Assembly (NCBI GenBank): GCA_037441125.1 | Contig: JBBIST010000006.1 | Coordinates: forward strand, 692-64,691 | Source: Burkholderiales bacterium | GTDB lineage: Bacteria; Pseudomonadota; Gammaproteobacteria; Burkholderiales; Burkholderiaceae_F | Direction: 5' to 3' | DNA length: 64,000 bases | Shown: piece after piece, positions 18,372 through 27,503 of the stretch | Numbering within the stretch: position 1 is the stretch's first letter | Layout: each line of letters begins with the position of its first letter | The notes under the pieces: model-generated | What the model saw: only the letters and a program-made list of their open reading frames with translations | Told to the model about the DNA's origin: nothing | The model's database searches: none | Program-made: the position numbers and the translations under genes

Positions 18372-19925
18372 ATGATCACCGGCAACATCAAGAGCCAGAT
18401 CGACCAGATCTGGAACGCCTTCTGGTCCGGCGGCATCTCCAACCCGCTGGAGGTGATCGAGCAGATCACCTACCTGCTGTTCCTGCGCCGGCTGGACGAT
18501 CTGCACACGCTGGAGGAGAACAAGGCCGCCCGTCTCAAGAGGCCGATCGGGCACCGCGTCTACCCCGTGGGCCGGGACCCCAAGGGCCGCCCCTACGACG
18601 ACCTGCGCTGGTCGCGCTTCAAGCACTTCGCGCCCGGCGACATGTACACCGTGATCGGCGAGCACGTGTTCCCGTTCCTGCGCAACGAACTGGCCAGGAA
18701 CCACGGCGGCGACGACTCTACCTACGCGCACCACATGAAGGACGCGCGCTTCACCATCCCCACGCCGGCGCTGCTGGCCAAGGTGGTGGATCTGCTCGAC
18801 GCCGTGCCGATGGAGGACCGCGACACCAAGGGCGACGTCTACGAGTACATGCTCGGCAAGATCGCCACGGCCGGGCAGAACGGCCAGTTCCGCACGCCGC
18901 GCCACATCATCCGGCTGATGGTGGAGCTGACCGCGCCGCAACCCGGTGACGTGATCTGCGACCCGGCCTGCGGCACCGCGGGCTTCCTGGTCGCTGCCGG
19001 CGAGCACCTGCGCGAGCGCCACCCGAACATCCTGCGCGACGCGAAGCTGCGCGAGCACTTCCACCACCGCATGTTCCACGGCTTCGACTTCGACAACACG
19101 ATGCTGCGCATCGGCAGCATGAACATGCTGCTGCACGGCGTGGAGAACCCCGACATCCGCTATCGCGACTCGCTGGCGCAGGACCACGCCGGCGAGGAAG
19201 AGAAGTACACGCTGGTTCTGGCCAATCCGCCCTTCGCCGGCAGCCTCGACTACGAGAACACCGCCAAGGACCTGCTGCAGATCGTCAAGACCAAGAAGAC
19301 CGAGCTGCTGTTCCTCGCGCTCTTCCTGCGATTGCTGAAGCCCGGCGGCCGCGCCGCGGTGATCGTGCCCGACGGCGTGCTGTTCGGCTCCAGCACCGCG
19401 CACAAGCAACTGCGCCGGATGCTGGTCGAAGACCAGAAGCTCGACGCCGTGGTCAAGCTGCCCGGCGGCGTGTTCCGGCCCTACGCCGGCGTGTCCACCG
19501 CGATCCTGCTCTTCACCAAGACCAACTCCGGCGGCACCGACCAGGTCTGGTTCTACGACGTCGAGGCCGACGGCTGGAGCCTCGACGACAAGCGCACGCC
19601 GCTGTTGCCCGAAGACAAGCTCGGCCCGGTGCCGCGCACTGCGCTCGTGGCGGATGAGCACGCGAAGAACAACCTGCCCGACGTGCTGGCGCGCTGGGCC
19701 GGGCGCAACGGCGCCGAGCGCGAACGCCCGCGCACCGCGCAGAGTTTCTGCGTGCCGAAGGCCAACATCGCCGCGCAGGGCTACGACCTCTCGCTCAACC
19801 GCTACAAGGAAGTCGTGCACGAGGCGGTCGAGCACCGCGCGCCGAAGGAGATCCTCGCCGAGCTGGCGAAGCTGGAGGAGGAGATCCAGCGGGGGATGAA
19901 GGAGCTGGAGGGGATGCTGAAGTGA
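18372..19925 (+). CDS. hsdM: Type I restriction-modification system, DNA methyltransferase subunit M
   Basis: N-terminal HsdM_N (IWNAFWSGGISNPLEVIEQITYLLFLRRLD), FRTPRHI, AdoMet motif DPACGTAGFL, catalytic LANPPFAG. Confidence 0.95.
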   Translation: MITGNIKSQIDQIWNAFWSGGISNPLEVIEQITYLLFLRRLDDLHTLEENKAARLKRPIGHRVYPVGRDPKGRPYDDLRWSRFKHFAPGDMYTVIGEHVFPFLRNELARNHGGDDSTYAHHMKDARFTIPTPALLAKVVDLLDAVPMEDRDTKGDVYEYMLGKIATAGQNGQFRTPRHIIRLMVELTAPQPGDVICDPACGTAGFLVAAGEHLRERHPNILRDAKLREHFHHRMFHGFDFDNTMLRIGSMNMLLHGVENPDIRYRDSLAQDHAGEEEKYTLVLANPPFAGSLDYENTAKDLLQIVKTKKTELLFLALFLRLLKPGGRAAVIVPDGVLFGSSTAHKQLRRMLVEDQKLDAVVKLPGGVFRPYAGVSTAILLFTKTNSGGTDQVWFYDVEADGWSLDDKRTPLLPEDKLGPVPRTALVADEHAKNNLPDVLARWAGRNGAERERPRTAQSFCVPKANIAAQGYDLSLNRYKEVVHEAVEHRAPKEILAELAKLEEEIQRGMKELEGMLK

Positions 19926-21118
19926 GCTGCATTGCGCCCTCGGCGAAACTCTCTGACGTAGCTGACTTGAACCCGCCGCTCCCAGCTTCGCTGAGTGATG
20001 GCGACGACGTGTCCTTTATGCCAATGGCGGCGGTGGACGCCGATTCGGTGACCGCGGTTGATCGCGAGACACGCCTCTATTCAGAGGTCAGCAAGGGGTA
20101 CACGCCGTTCCTCGACGGGGATTTGCTGGTCGCGAAGATCACGCCTTGCTTCGAGAACGGAAAGATCGCGCAAGCGCGCCTCTCGCGCCGTTATGGCTTC
20201 GGATCGACCGAGTTTCACGTTGTCAGGCCGCGCGATGATCGCGTCGACGCGCGGTACCTAGTGCACTTCCTGCGTCAAGACTGCATCCGTAGGCAAGGTG
20301 AGTGCCGGATGACCGGGAGCGCCGGGCAACGCCGCGTTCCTGAACACTTCCTCACTGATCTGACCATCCCACTTCCACCCCTCCCCGAGCAGCGGCGGAT
20401 TGCAGAGATCCTGGACAAGGCGGACGCGCTGCGGGCCAAGCGCCGCGCCGCCCTCGCCCAGCTCGACACCCTCACCCAATCCATCTTCCTCGACATGTTC
20501 GGCGACCCCGCCACGAATCCGAAGGGGTGGCCGGTGGTATCGATCGCAAACATCTGCGAGGTGAAGGGCGGCAAGCGCTTGCCAAAGGGAGAGGAATACT
20601 CGTCGGTTCCCACGCCGTTTCGGTACATCCGAGTTGTGGACCTAAAGGCAGGGCGCGTCGACGAATCCGTGCTTGTCTACTTGAAACCCGAGATTCAAGC
20701 CGAGATCGCGCGCTACGTCGTCAACACAGGCGATGTGATCATCTCGATCGCCGGCTCGATCGGCTTGGTTGCGCCCGTTCCGCAATCGTTGGATGGAGTG
20801 AACCTCACTGAGAATGCCGCGAAGCTCGTGCCGCGAAACTCCGGGCACTACGAGGCCGAGTACTTGGCAAAATGTCTTGAGACCCACCACGCGCAGGGAC
20901 AAATCGGATCGCACATCGGACAGGTGACGATCGGAAAGCTGGCCCTATTCCGAATCGAGAAGCTAAAGGTTCCGCTCCCCGCGATCGAGCTTCAGCGCGA
21001 GTTCGTACGCCGCGCCGCGGAGGTCGAAACACACGGCATCGCGCTGAAGGAAGCTGGATCTCGTTTGGAGGAACTGTTTGCTTCCCTTCAGCACCGCGCG
21101 TTCCGGGGGGAGCTGTAG
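19922..21118 (+). CDS. hsdS: Type I restriction-modification system, specificity subunit S
   Basis: Two target-recognition domains separated by the conserved helices LPPLPEQRRIAEILDKADALRAKRRAALAQLDTLTQSIF and LPLPAIELQREFVRRAAEVE...LFASLQHRAFRGEL. GTG start overlaps the hsdM stop. Confidence 0.9.
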   Translation: MSCIAPSAKLSDVADLNPPLPASLSDGDDVSFMPMAAVDADSVTAVDRETRLYSEVSKGYTPFLDGDLLVAKITPCFENGKIAQARLSRRYGFGSTEFHVVRPRDDRVDARYLVHFLRQDCIRRQGECRMTGSAGQRRVPEHFLTDLTIPLPPLPEQRRIAEILDKADALRAKRRAALAQLDTLTQSIFLDMFGDPATNPKGWPVVSIANICEVKGGKRLPKGEEYSSVPTPFRYIRVVDLKAGRVDESVLVYLKPEIQAEIARYVVNTGDVIISIAGSIGLVAPVPQSLDGVNLTENAAKLVPRNSGHYEAEYLAKCLETHHAQGQIGSHIGQVTIGKLALFRIEKLKVPLPAIELQREFVRRAAEVETHGIALKEAGSRLEELFASLQHRAFRGEL

Positions 21119-21120
21119 CC

Positions 21121-21951
21121 ATGCGCGGCGAGTTCATCGGCGTGTGGTCCGAGACCTGGCGCGAGATCTGGCTGCCGCTGGTCGACCATGAGGGCGTCCC
21201 CGAGGACATCTTCTGCGAGCTGTACCGCGCGCTGGCACCGGCGCTGAAGAACAAGCCGTCAGTCGAAGCCCTGGCGGACATCATCGATAACCCCGCGCAG
21301 AGCCGAGAGGCATTCGAGAAGACGGGTGCGAACGACTTCGCCGGTAAGCGCGCTCTCGTGGCGTTTCTCGAGGCGGCGCACTCCGCGCTCGACGAGCTGG
21401 CCGGCGACGAGCTTGCCAATCGCTACTTCAACCTGCTCGCGGGTTTCGTCGACAAGTTCAGCCTGCGCTACGACCTTCGCCGCCCCTGCACCTTGTGTCC
21501 GACGCTGCCCGGCGTGTTCGCGAGCCTGGTGCGCGACCTGCGCGTGCTCGCCAGCCAGGATGCGCACCTCGATGCGCTGATGAAGGACTTCGAGAACGCG
21601 GTGCGCGACCTGCGACACGACTGCTCCGACGGGCGCATCAAGACCTGCATCCAGAAGCAGGTGAACCTGCTGGAGGCTATCGGGCGAACAACGCCCGGCA
21701 TCACCGAGGGCGAGTTGAGCGGTATCTGCAACCAAGTCACCACGTGGCCGCACGGTGCGATCAAGGCGTCGTTGAAGAACCTATACGGATTCGCTTGCGA
21801 CTACCCGGGTATTCGGCACGGTGGGAACCCCGCAGGTGCGCTGCGCGCCGTCGACATGCGCGACATGGTGGCCATGTCGATCTTGCTGGCGGGCTACACG
21901 CCTTACCTCGCTGCGCAGCTAAACGCGGATTCGGTCTACCGGGGCGCATGA
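21121..21951 (+). CDS. Hypothetical protein (276 aa), restriction-linked, no recognisable domain
   Basis: Strong GC3 codon bias across the full length. ATG lies 2 nt after the hsdS stop. I found no motif I can assign; notable strings are CTLCP and DYPGIRHGGNP. Confidence 0.6.
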   Translation: MRGEFIGVWSETWREIWLPLVDHEGVPEDIFCELYRALAPALKNKPSVEALADIIDNPAQSREAFEKTGANDFAGKRALVAFLEAAHSALDELAGDELANRYFNLLAGFVDKFSLRYDLRRPCTLCPTLPGVFASLVRDLRVLASQDAHLDALMKDFENAVRDLRHDCSDGRIKTCIQKQVNLLEAIGRTTPGITEGELSGICNQVTTWPHGAIKASLKNLYGFACDYPGIRHGGNPAGALRAVDMRDMVAMSILLAGYTPYLAAQLNADSVYRGA

Positions 21952-21952
21952 G

Positions 21953-22513
21953 ATGGCAAGCGGACCAACGATCGAGAATGCGGGGCCGTTGGCCATCCAC
22001 GAGGTTCGCTTCAAGGGCGGCATCCTTCGGCGTGGCTTCTGGCTCTATGTCTGGGAGGTAACGCCACCAGACCGGACGCCGCTGTACTACGTCGGCCGCA
22101 CCGGCGACAGTTCGTCGACGAACGCACAGTCGCCGTTCAACCGCATGGGCCAGCATCTGGGCTTCGCCGAGAACAGCAACATGCTGCGCCGGCATCTCAC
22201 GCAGCACGGTGCCGAGCCCGAGACGGGCGCGTTTCGGCTGATCGCGCTCGGCCCGATCGAGCAGGAGGCCAAGGGGGCGCCCGGCCGGCGGGCGCACGAT
22301 CAGCGGCGCGACCTAGTCGCGGCGATGGAAATGGCACTCGCCAACCTGCTTGAGTCGTCGGGGCTCAAGGTGATGAACCACGTGGCGTCGCGCAAGCCGT
22401 TGGACGAAGCACGTTTTGCGCAAGTGCGGGCAGCCTTTGCCAAGGCGTTTCCGCAGCTTGCCGCTGCTGCCACGCCGGTTATCGATGAGCCCGGCAAACC
22501 GAATCGGCGCTGA
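21953..22513 (+). CDS. Hypothetical protein (186 aa), possible GIY-YIG-superfamily nuclease
   Basis: ATG lies 1 nt after the upstream stop. WLYVWEVTPPDRTPLYYVGRTGD...SPFNRMGQHL...AAMEMALANLLESSGLKVMNHV fits the order and spacing of GIY-(x10)-YxG...R...E...N. This is motif reading only. Confidence 0.55.
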   Translation: MASGPTIENAGPLAIHEVRFKGGILRRGFWLYVWEVTPPDRTPLYYVGRTGDSSSTNAQSPFNRMGQHLGFAENSNMLRRHLTQHGAEPETGAFRLIALGPIEQEAKGAPGRRAHDQRRDLVAAMEMALANLLESSGLKVMNHVASRKPLDEARFAQVRAAFAKAFPQLAAAATPVIDEPGKPNRR

Positions 22514-22712
22514 TCGGCGAATTGCAACCTCGACGAGTCGTTGTCGTGGGCGCCGCCATCGGCAAATGGCCAGACCCATGCAACTATCTGATCTGCAAGC
22601 GTCTCTCGACAGCGCGATTGCAACCGACGGGTCGCTGGTTGCAATCCCCGAGCAATTCCGCCCCGAATCGACGACCCCGATCGGACGGCCCACCCTACAA
22701 AAAGCCCGACCA

Positions 22713-22742
22713 TTGATTTACGTTAGATGCATAACCTAAAAT
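22713..22742 (+). promoter_or_regulatory. Putative sigma70-type promoter for fic (and possibly hsdR)
   Basis: TTGATT (22713-22718), 18-nt spacer, TAAAAT (22737-22742), in the only AT-rich stretch of the island, 33 nt upstream of the fic ATG. Confidence 0.4.
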
Positions 22743-22774
22743 TACGTCGGGCCTTGTTATAGGTTCCCCGTCCG

Positions 22775-23941
22775 ATGCACCGACCCGCTCCCGGCCACTA
22801 CGTCACCGTCACGACGGCCGGCGAGCCGTTCCGGGCCTTCGTGCCGCTGCCGCTGCCGCCCGATCCGCCGGTCGTGTGGTCGGCCGCATTGCGGCGGCGC
22901 TTCGACGCGGCGCTGGTCGCGCTGGGGCGGCTGGACGCGGTCTCCGCGCTGCTGCCCAACGCGGCTTTGCTGCTCTACAGCTTCGTGCGCAAGGAGGCCG
23001 TGCTGTCCTCGCAGATCGAGGGCACGCAGTCCTCGCTGGCGGACCTGCTGCTCTACGAAATCGACGAACAGCCGGGCGTGCCGGTGGACGACGCGCGCGA
23101 GGTCAGCCGCTGCGTGGCCGCGCTCGAGCGCGGCCTCACGAAGCTGCGCGGCGGGCTGCCGCTTTGCACGCGCCTGCTGTGCGAGATGCATGAGGTTCTG
23201 ATGAACCACCCCGGCGGCCGGGGCAAGACACCCGGGGAGGTGCGCCGCTCGCAGGTCTGGATCGGCGGCACGCGGCCCGGCAACGCGGCCTTCGTTCCGC
23301 CGCCGGCCGACACAGTGCCGGATGGCCTGGCGTCTCTCGAGCGCTTCCTCAACGACGATCCCGAGCCCGTGCCGCCGCTGATCAAGGCGGCGCTCGCCCA
23401 CGTGCAGTTCGAGACCATCCACCCGTTTCTCGACGGCAACGGGCGCATCGGGCGTCTGCTGATCGTTCTGCAACTGGTGGCCGACGGCGTACTGCGCGAG
23501 CCGATGCTGTATCCGAGTCTGTTCTTCAAGACCCATCGGGCGCTGTACTACGAGCTGCTCAACGAGGTGCGCCTGCGCGGCGACTGGGAGCGCTGGCTCG
23601 ACTTCTTCGCCGAGGGCATCGAGGCGAGCGCGACGCAGGGCGTGTCGACCGCGAATGCGTTGCTCGCGCTGGTCAACGCCGATCGCGACCGCATCGCCGG
23701 CCTGGGCCGCGCGGCGGCTTCGGCGTTGGTGGTGCACCAGGCGCTGCAGCGCCAGCCGATCGCCACCTCGGCCGCGCTGGTCAAGGCCACGCAGCTCACG
23801 CCGGCCACCGTCAACAAGTCGCTCGCGCATCTCGAGCGCATCGGCATCGTCGCTGAAGTCACGAACCGGCAGCGCGGCCGCGTGTTCAGCTATCGCAAGT
23901 ACGTGGAGGAACTGGCTGCCGAACTGGAGGCGCCCGCGTGA
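22775..23941 (+). CDS. Fic-family protein (AMPylase-type), class II with N-terminal inhibitory helix
   Basis: Active-site [12 protein letters not shown] matches HxFx(D/E)GNGRxxR. N-terminal SSQIEGT matches the (S/T)xxxE(G/N) inhibitory motif. C-terminal winged-helix-like tail. Confidence 0.9.
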   Translation: MHRPAPGHYVTVTTAGEPFRAFVPLPLPPDPPVVWSAALRRRFDAALVALGRLDAVSALLPNAALLLYSFVRKEAVLSSQIEGTQSSLADLLLYEIDEQPGVPVDDAREVSRCVAALERGLTKLRGGLPLCTRLLCEMHEVLMNHPGGRGKTPGEVRRSQVWIGGTRPGNAAFVPPPADTVPDGLASLERFLNDDPEPVPPLIKAALAHVQFETIHPFLDGNGRIGRLLIVLQLVADGVLREPMLYPSLFFKTHRALYYELLNEVRLRGDWERWLDFFAEGIEASATQGVSTANALLALVNADRDRIAGLGRAAASALVVHQALQRQPIATSAALVKATQLTPATVNKSLAHLERIGIVAEVTNRQRGRVFSYRKYVEELAAELEAPA

Positions 23942-24002
23942 GCCCGAAGGGCCGCCCCGAGAGCGAACAGCCCCGCAGCGCGTCAGCGCGGAGGGTTGTC
24001 CC

Positions 24003-27000
24003 GTGAGCCAGTTCGCCTTTCTGCAGGGTGAGTGGGCGGCAGTGTTCGAGTCCGCTGCGCGGGCCGAGACGGCCGTACACGCCGACCCGCGCACGGCGTG
24101 CTTCTACGCGCGGCGCGCGCTCGAACTGGCGGTGAACTGGGCCTACAAGCACGATGCCTCGCTGAAGCTGCCGTACCAGGACAACCTGTCGGCGCTGATC
24201 CACGAGCCGAGCTTCAAGGCAGCCGCCGGCGAGGCGGTGTTCAGCAAGGCGCGGGTCATCAACACGCTGGGCAACCGTGCCGTGCACGGGCATCGCGCGA
24301 TTCCACCCGACGACGCGCTGGTCGCGGTGCGCGAGCTGTTCCACGTGGCGTACTGGCTTGCCCGCACCTACAGTCGCGCGGCGCGACCGGCGCCGGGCCT
24401 GGTCTTCGACGCGAGTGCGTTGCCGAAGGCGGCACCGGCGCGCGGGCAGACCGCCGAGCAGTTGCAGCAGCTCGAAGCGGGCCTGCGCGAGCGCGACGAG
24501 AAGCTCGCCGCCTTGCTGGCCGACAAGAGCACGCTCGACGAGGAACTCAAGCGTCTGCGCGCCGAGGTGACGGCGGCCAAGCAGGCCGCAGCGGCGCAGC
24601 CAGACACCCACGACTACTCCGAGGCCGAGACCCGCGACTACTTCATCGACCTCTTGCTGAAGGAGGCCGGCTGGCCGCTCGATCAATCGCGGGACCGCGA
24701 GTTCGAGGTCAGCGGCATGCCGAACAAGCAAGGCAAGGGCTTCGTCGACTACGTGCTCTGGGGCGACGACGGCAAGCCGCTCGGGCTCGTGGAAGCCAAG
24801 CGCACCCGGCGCGATGCGCGCGCCGGCCAGCAGCAGGCCAAGCTGTACGCCGACTGCCTCGAGCGCCAGTTCGGCCAACGCCCGCTGATCTTCTACTCGA
24901 ACGGCTACGAGCACTGGCTCTGGGACGACACGCGCTATCCGCCGCGCGCGGTGCAGGGCTTCTACAAGAAGGCCGAGCTGGAGCTTGCGATCCAGCGGCG
25001 CAGTACGCGCAAGCCGCTGGCCGCGGGCGAGATCAATTCGGCAATCGTCGAGCGCTACTACCAGACGCGCGGCATCCGGCGCATCGCCGAGGCCTTCGAA
25101 CGCGACCACGACCGCAAGGCGCTGGTGGTGATGGCCACCGGCGCCGGTAAGACTCGCACGGTGATCGCGCTCGCCGATCTGCTGATGCGCTGCAACTGGG
25201 TCAAGCGCGTGCTGTTCCTCGCCGACCGCTTGGCGCTGGTCAACCAGGCGGTGAACGCCTTCAAGCGTCATCTGCCCGACGCCTCGCCGGTGAACCTGGT
25301 CACCGAGAAGGATGCCGAGGGACGGGTCTTCGTCTCCACCTATCCGACGATGATGGGGCTGATCGACGAGCCGCGAGACGGGCAGCGGCGCTTCGGCGCC
25401 GGCCACTTCGATCTGGTGATCGTCGACGAGGCGCACCGCTCGGTGTTCCAGAAGTACCGCGCCATCTTCGACTACTTCGACGCGCTGCTGGTCGGGCTCA
25501 CGGCCACGCCGAAGGACGAGGTGGACCGCAACACCTACAGCCTGTTCGACCTGGAGAACGGCGTGCCGACCGACGCCTACGGACTCGACGAGGCGGTGCG
25601 CGACGGCTTCCTCGTGCCGCCGAAGGCCGTGTCGGTGCCGCTGAAGTTCCAGCGCGAGGGGATCAAGTACGACGAACTGTCCGAAGACGACAAGGATCAG
25701 TGGGACGCGCTGGAGTGGGACGAAGACGGCAACGTCCCCGATCGCGTGGAGGCCGAGGCGGTCAACCAATGGCTGTTCAACAAGGACACGGTCGACAAGG
25801 TGCTGGAGCATCTGATGACGCGGGGCTTGACGGTGGCCGGCGGCGACCGGCTCGGCAAGACGATCCTGTTCGCCAAGAACCAGCACCACGCCGAGTTCAT
25901 CGCCGAGCGCTTCAACGCCAACTACCCGCACCACAAGGGCGAGTTCGCGCGCGTGATCACGTTCAAGACCGAATACGCGCAGAGCCTGATCGACAACTTC
26001 TCGGCCCGGGACAAGGCACCCCACATCGCCATCTCGGTGGACATGCTCGACACCGGCATCGACATCCCCGAGGTCGTGAACCTGGTGTTCTTCAAGCTGG
26101 TGCGCTCGAAGACCAAGTTCTGGCAGATGCTCGGCCGCGGCACGCGCCTGTGCCCGGACCTGTTCGGGCCGGGAAGGCACAAGGAGTTCTTCTGCGTCTT
26201 CGACTACTGCCAGAACCTGGAGTACTTCAGCCAGAACCTCCCCGCCACCGAGGGCGCGCTGGGTGAATCGCTCGGCAAGCGGCTGTTCGATGCCCGGCTG
26301 GAGCTGATCGGCGAGCTGGACAAGAAGTTGGCCGTAGCCGACCGCCAGACAGCGCGCGAGTCACGGGCGCCGCCGCATGGACACCCGGAATCGGACGACG
26401 AGGTGCGCGCGCAGGTCGCAGCGCTGCTGCAAAGCGAAGTGGCCGGCATGAACCTCGACAACTTCGTCGTGCGGCCGCGGCGGCGCATCGTCGAGCACTA
26501 CGCCAAGCCCGAGGCCTGGACCGTGCTGTCGCCCGAAGCGCGCTCGGAGCTGTCGCAACAGGTCGCGGGTCTGCCGTCGGAACTCGACCCGGAAAGCGAG
26601 GAAGCGAAGCGCTTCGACCTGCTGGTATTGAACCTCCAGCTCGCGATGCTGCGGTCAGAGCCGGGCTTCGCTCGCCTGCGCGATCGAGTCAAGGAGCTTG
26701 CCGGTCTGCTGGAGGAGAAGTCGGCGATTCCGATGGTGCGCGACCAGATGGCGCTGATCCAGGACGTGCAGACCGACGAGTGGTGGCAGGACGTGACCGT
26801 GCCGATGCTCGAGGCGATGCGCCGGCGCCTGCGTGATCTGGTCAAGCTCATCGAGAAGCAGAAGCGCAAGCCCATCTACACCGACTTCGAGGACGAGATG
26901 GGCGGCGAGACCGCTGTCGAGCTGCCGGGCTTTGGCCACGGCACCGACCACGCGAAGTTCCGCGCCAAGGCCCGGGCCTTCCTGCGCTCGCATCAGGACC

Positions 27001-27419
27001 ACATCGCGATTCACAAGTTGAGGATGAACAAGGCGTTGACCGCTGCCGATCTCGCCGAACTTCAACGCATGCTCGCCGAGAGCGGCGTTGGCGGCGCGCA
27101 GGACATCCAGCGCGCCGCCGAGGAGTCCCAAGGGCTGGGGCTCTTCGTGCGCTCACTGGTCGGTCTTGACCGCCAGGCGGCAAAGGAAGCCCTGGCCGGG
27201 TTTCTCAACGGCAAGTCTCTTGGCGCCAACCAGATCGAGTTCGTGAACCTGATCGTGGACCATTTGACCGAGCACGGTGTGATGGACGCGGCGATGCTCT
27301 ACGAGTCCCCATTCACGGACCTGACGCCGCGCGGGCCGGACGGGTTGTTCAGCTCGGCGCAAGTGGATGAGTTGCTGGCCGCGATCGAACAGGTGCGCCA
27401 GACGGCCATTGCGGCGTGA
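24003..27419 (+). CDS. hsdR: Type I restriction endonuclease subunit R with N-terminal DUF4145-like domain
   Basis: GTG 24003, preceded by GGAGGG. N-terminal DUF4145-like region ([12 protein letters not shown]...LGNRAVHG), a coiled coil, PD-(D/E)xK (GFVDYVLWG...LVEAKR), helicase motifs [10 protein letters not shown] and VIVDEAHRS, and a C-terminal EcoEI-R-like tail (LYESPFTDL). Confidence 0.9.
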   Translation: MSQFAFLQGEWAAVFESAARAETAVHADPRTACFYARRALELAVNWAYKHDASLKLPYQDNLSALIHEPSFKAAAGEAVFSKARVINTLGNRAVHGHRAIPPDDALVAVRELFHVAYWLARTYSRAARPAPGLVFDASALPKAAPARGQTAEQLQQLEAGLRERDEKLAALLADKSTLDEELKRLRAEVTAAKQAAAAQPDTHDYSEAETRDYFIDLLLKEAGWPLDQSRDREFEVSGMPNKQGKGFVDYVLWGDDGKPLGLVEAKRTRRDARAGQQQAKLYADCLERQFGQRPLIFYSNGYEHWLWDDTRYPPRAVQGFYKKAELELAIQRRSTRKPLAAGEINSAIVERYYQTRGIRRIAEAFERDHDRKALVVMATGAGKTRTVIALADLLMRCNWVKRVLFLADRLALVNQAVNAFKRHLPDASPVNLVTEKDAEGRVFVSTYPTMMGLIDEPRDGQRRFGAGHFDLVIVDEAHRSVFQKYRAIFDYFDALLVGLTATPKDEVDRNTYSLFDLENGVPTDAYGLDEAVRDGFLVPPKAVSVPLKFQREGIKYDELSEDDKDQWDALEWDEDGNVPDRVEAEAVNQWLFNKDTVDKVLEHLMTRGLTVAGGDRLGKTILFAKNQHHAEFIAERFNANYPHHKGEFARVITFKTEYAQSLIDNFSARDKAPHIAISVDMLDTGIDIPEVVNLVFFKLVRSKTKFWQMLGRGTRLCPDLFGPGRHKEFFCVFDYCQNLEYFSQNLPATEGALGESLGKRLFDARLELIGELDKKLAVADRQTARESRAPPHGHPESDDEVRAQVAALLQSEVAGMNLDNFVVRPRRRIVEHYAKPEAWTVLSPEARSELSQQVAGLPSELDPESEEAKRFDLLVLNLQLAMLRSEPGFARLRDRVKELAGLLEEKSAIPMVRDQMALIQDVQTDEWWQDVTVPMLEAMRRRLRDLVKLIEKQKRKPIYTDFEDEMGGETAVELPGFGHGTDHAKFRAKARAFLRSHQDHIAIHKLRMNKALTAADLAELQRMLAESGVGGAQDIQRAAEESQGLGLFVRSLVGLDRQAAKEALAGFLNGKSLGANQIEFVNLIVDHLTEHGVMDAAMLYESPFTDLTPRGPDGLFSSAQVDELLAAIEQVRQTAIAA

Positions 27420-27503
27420 GCGCACGGCCGTTCCGTAGCGCACATCCCGCAGCGCGAAGCGCGGAGAGTTGTCGGACTTCTCGGTGCCGTACTGCAAGTT
27501 GCG

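Noticed and set aside
17961-19835. 624-aa minus-strand ORF opposite hsdM. Similar cases are 23886-26180 opposite hsdR and 47500-49443 opposite hutU.
   Set aside because: Each is antisense to a gene with strong catalytic motifs, and the translations lack any recognisable features.
15655-27503. Possible att-like direct repeats at the island edges (atgcaaccttgcat at 15659 versus tgcaagttgcg at 27493).
   Set aside because: Only about 5+5 nt of similarity, and the sequence is palindromic rather than a direct duplication. With no integrase present, this is not enough to call att sites. It is mentioned only as a motif recurrence in the findings.
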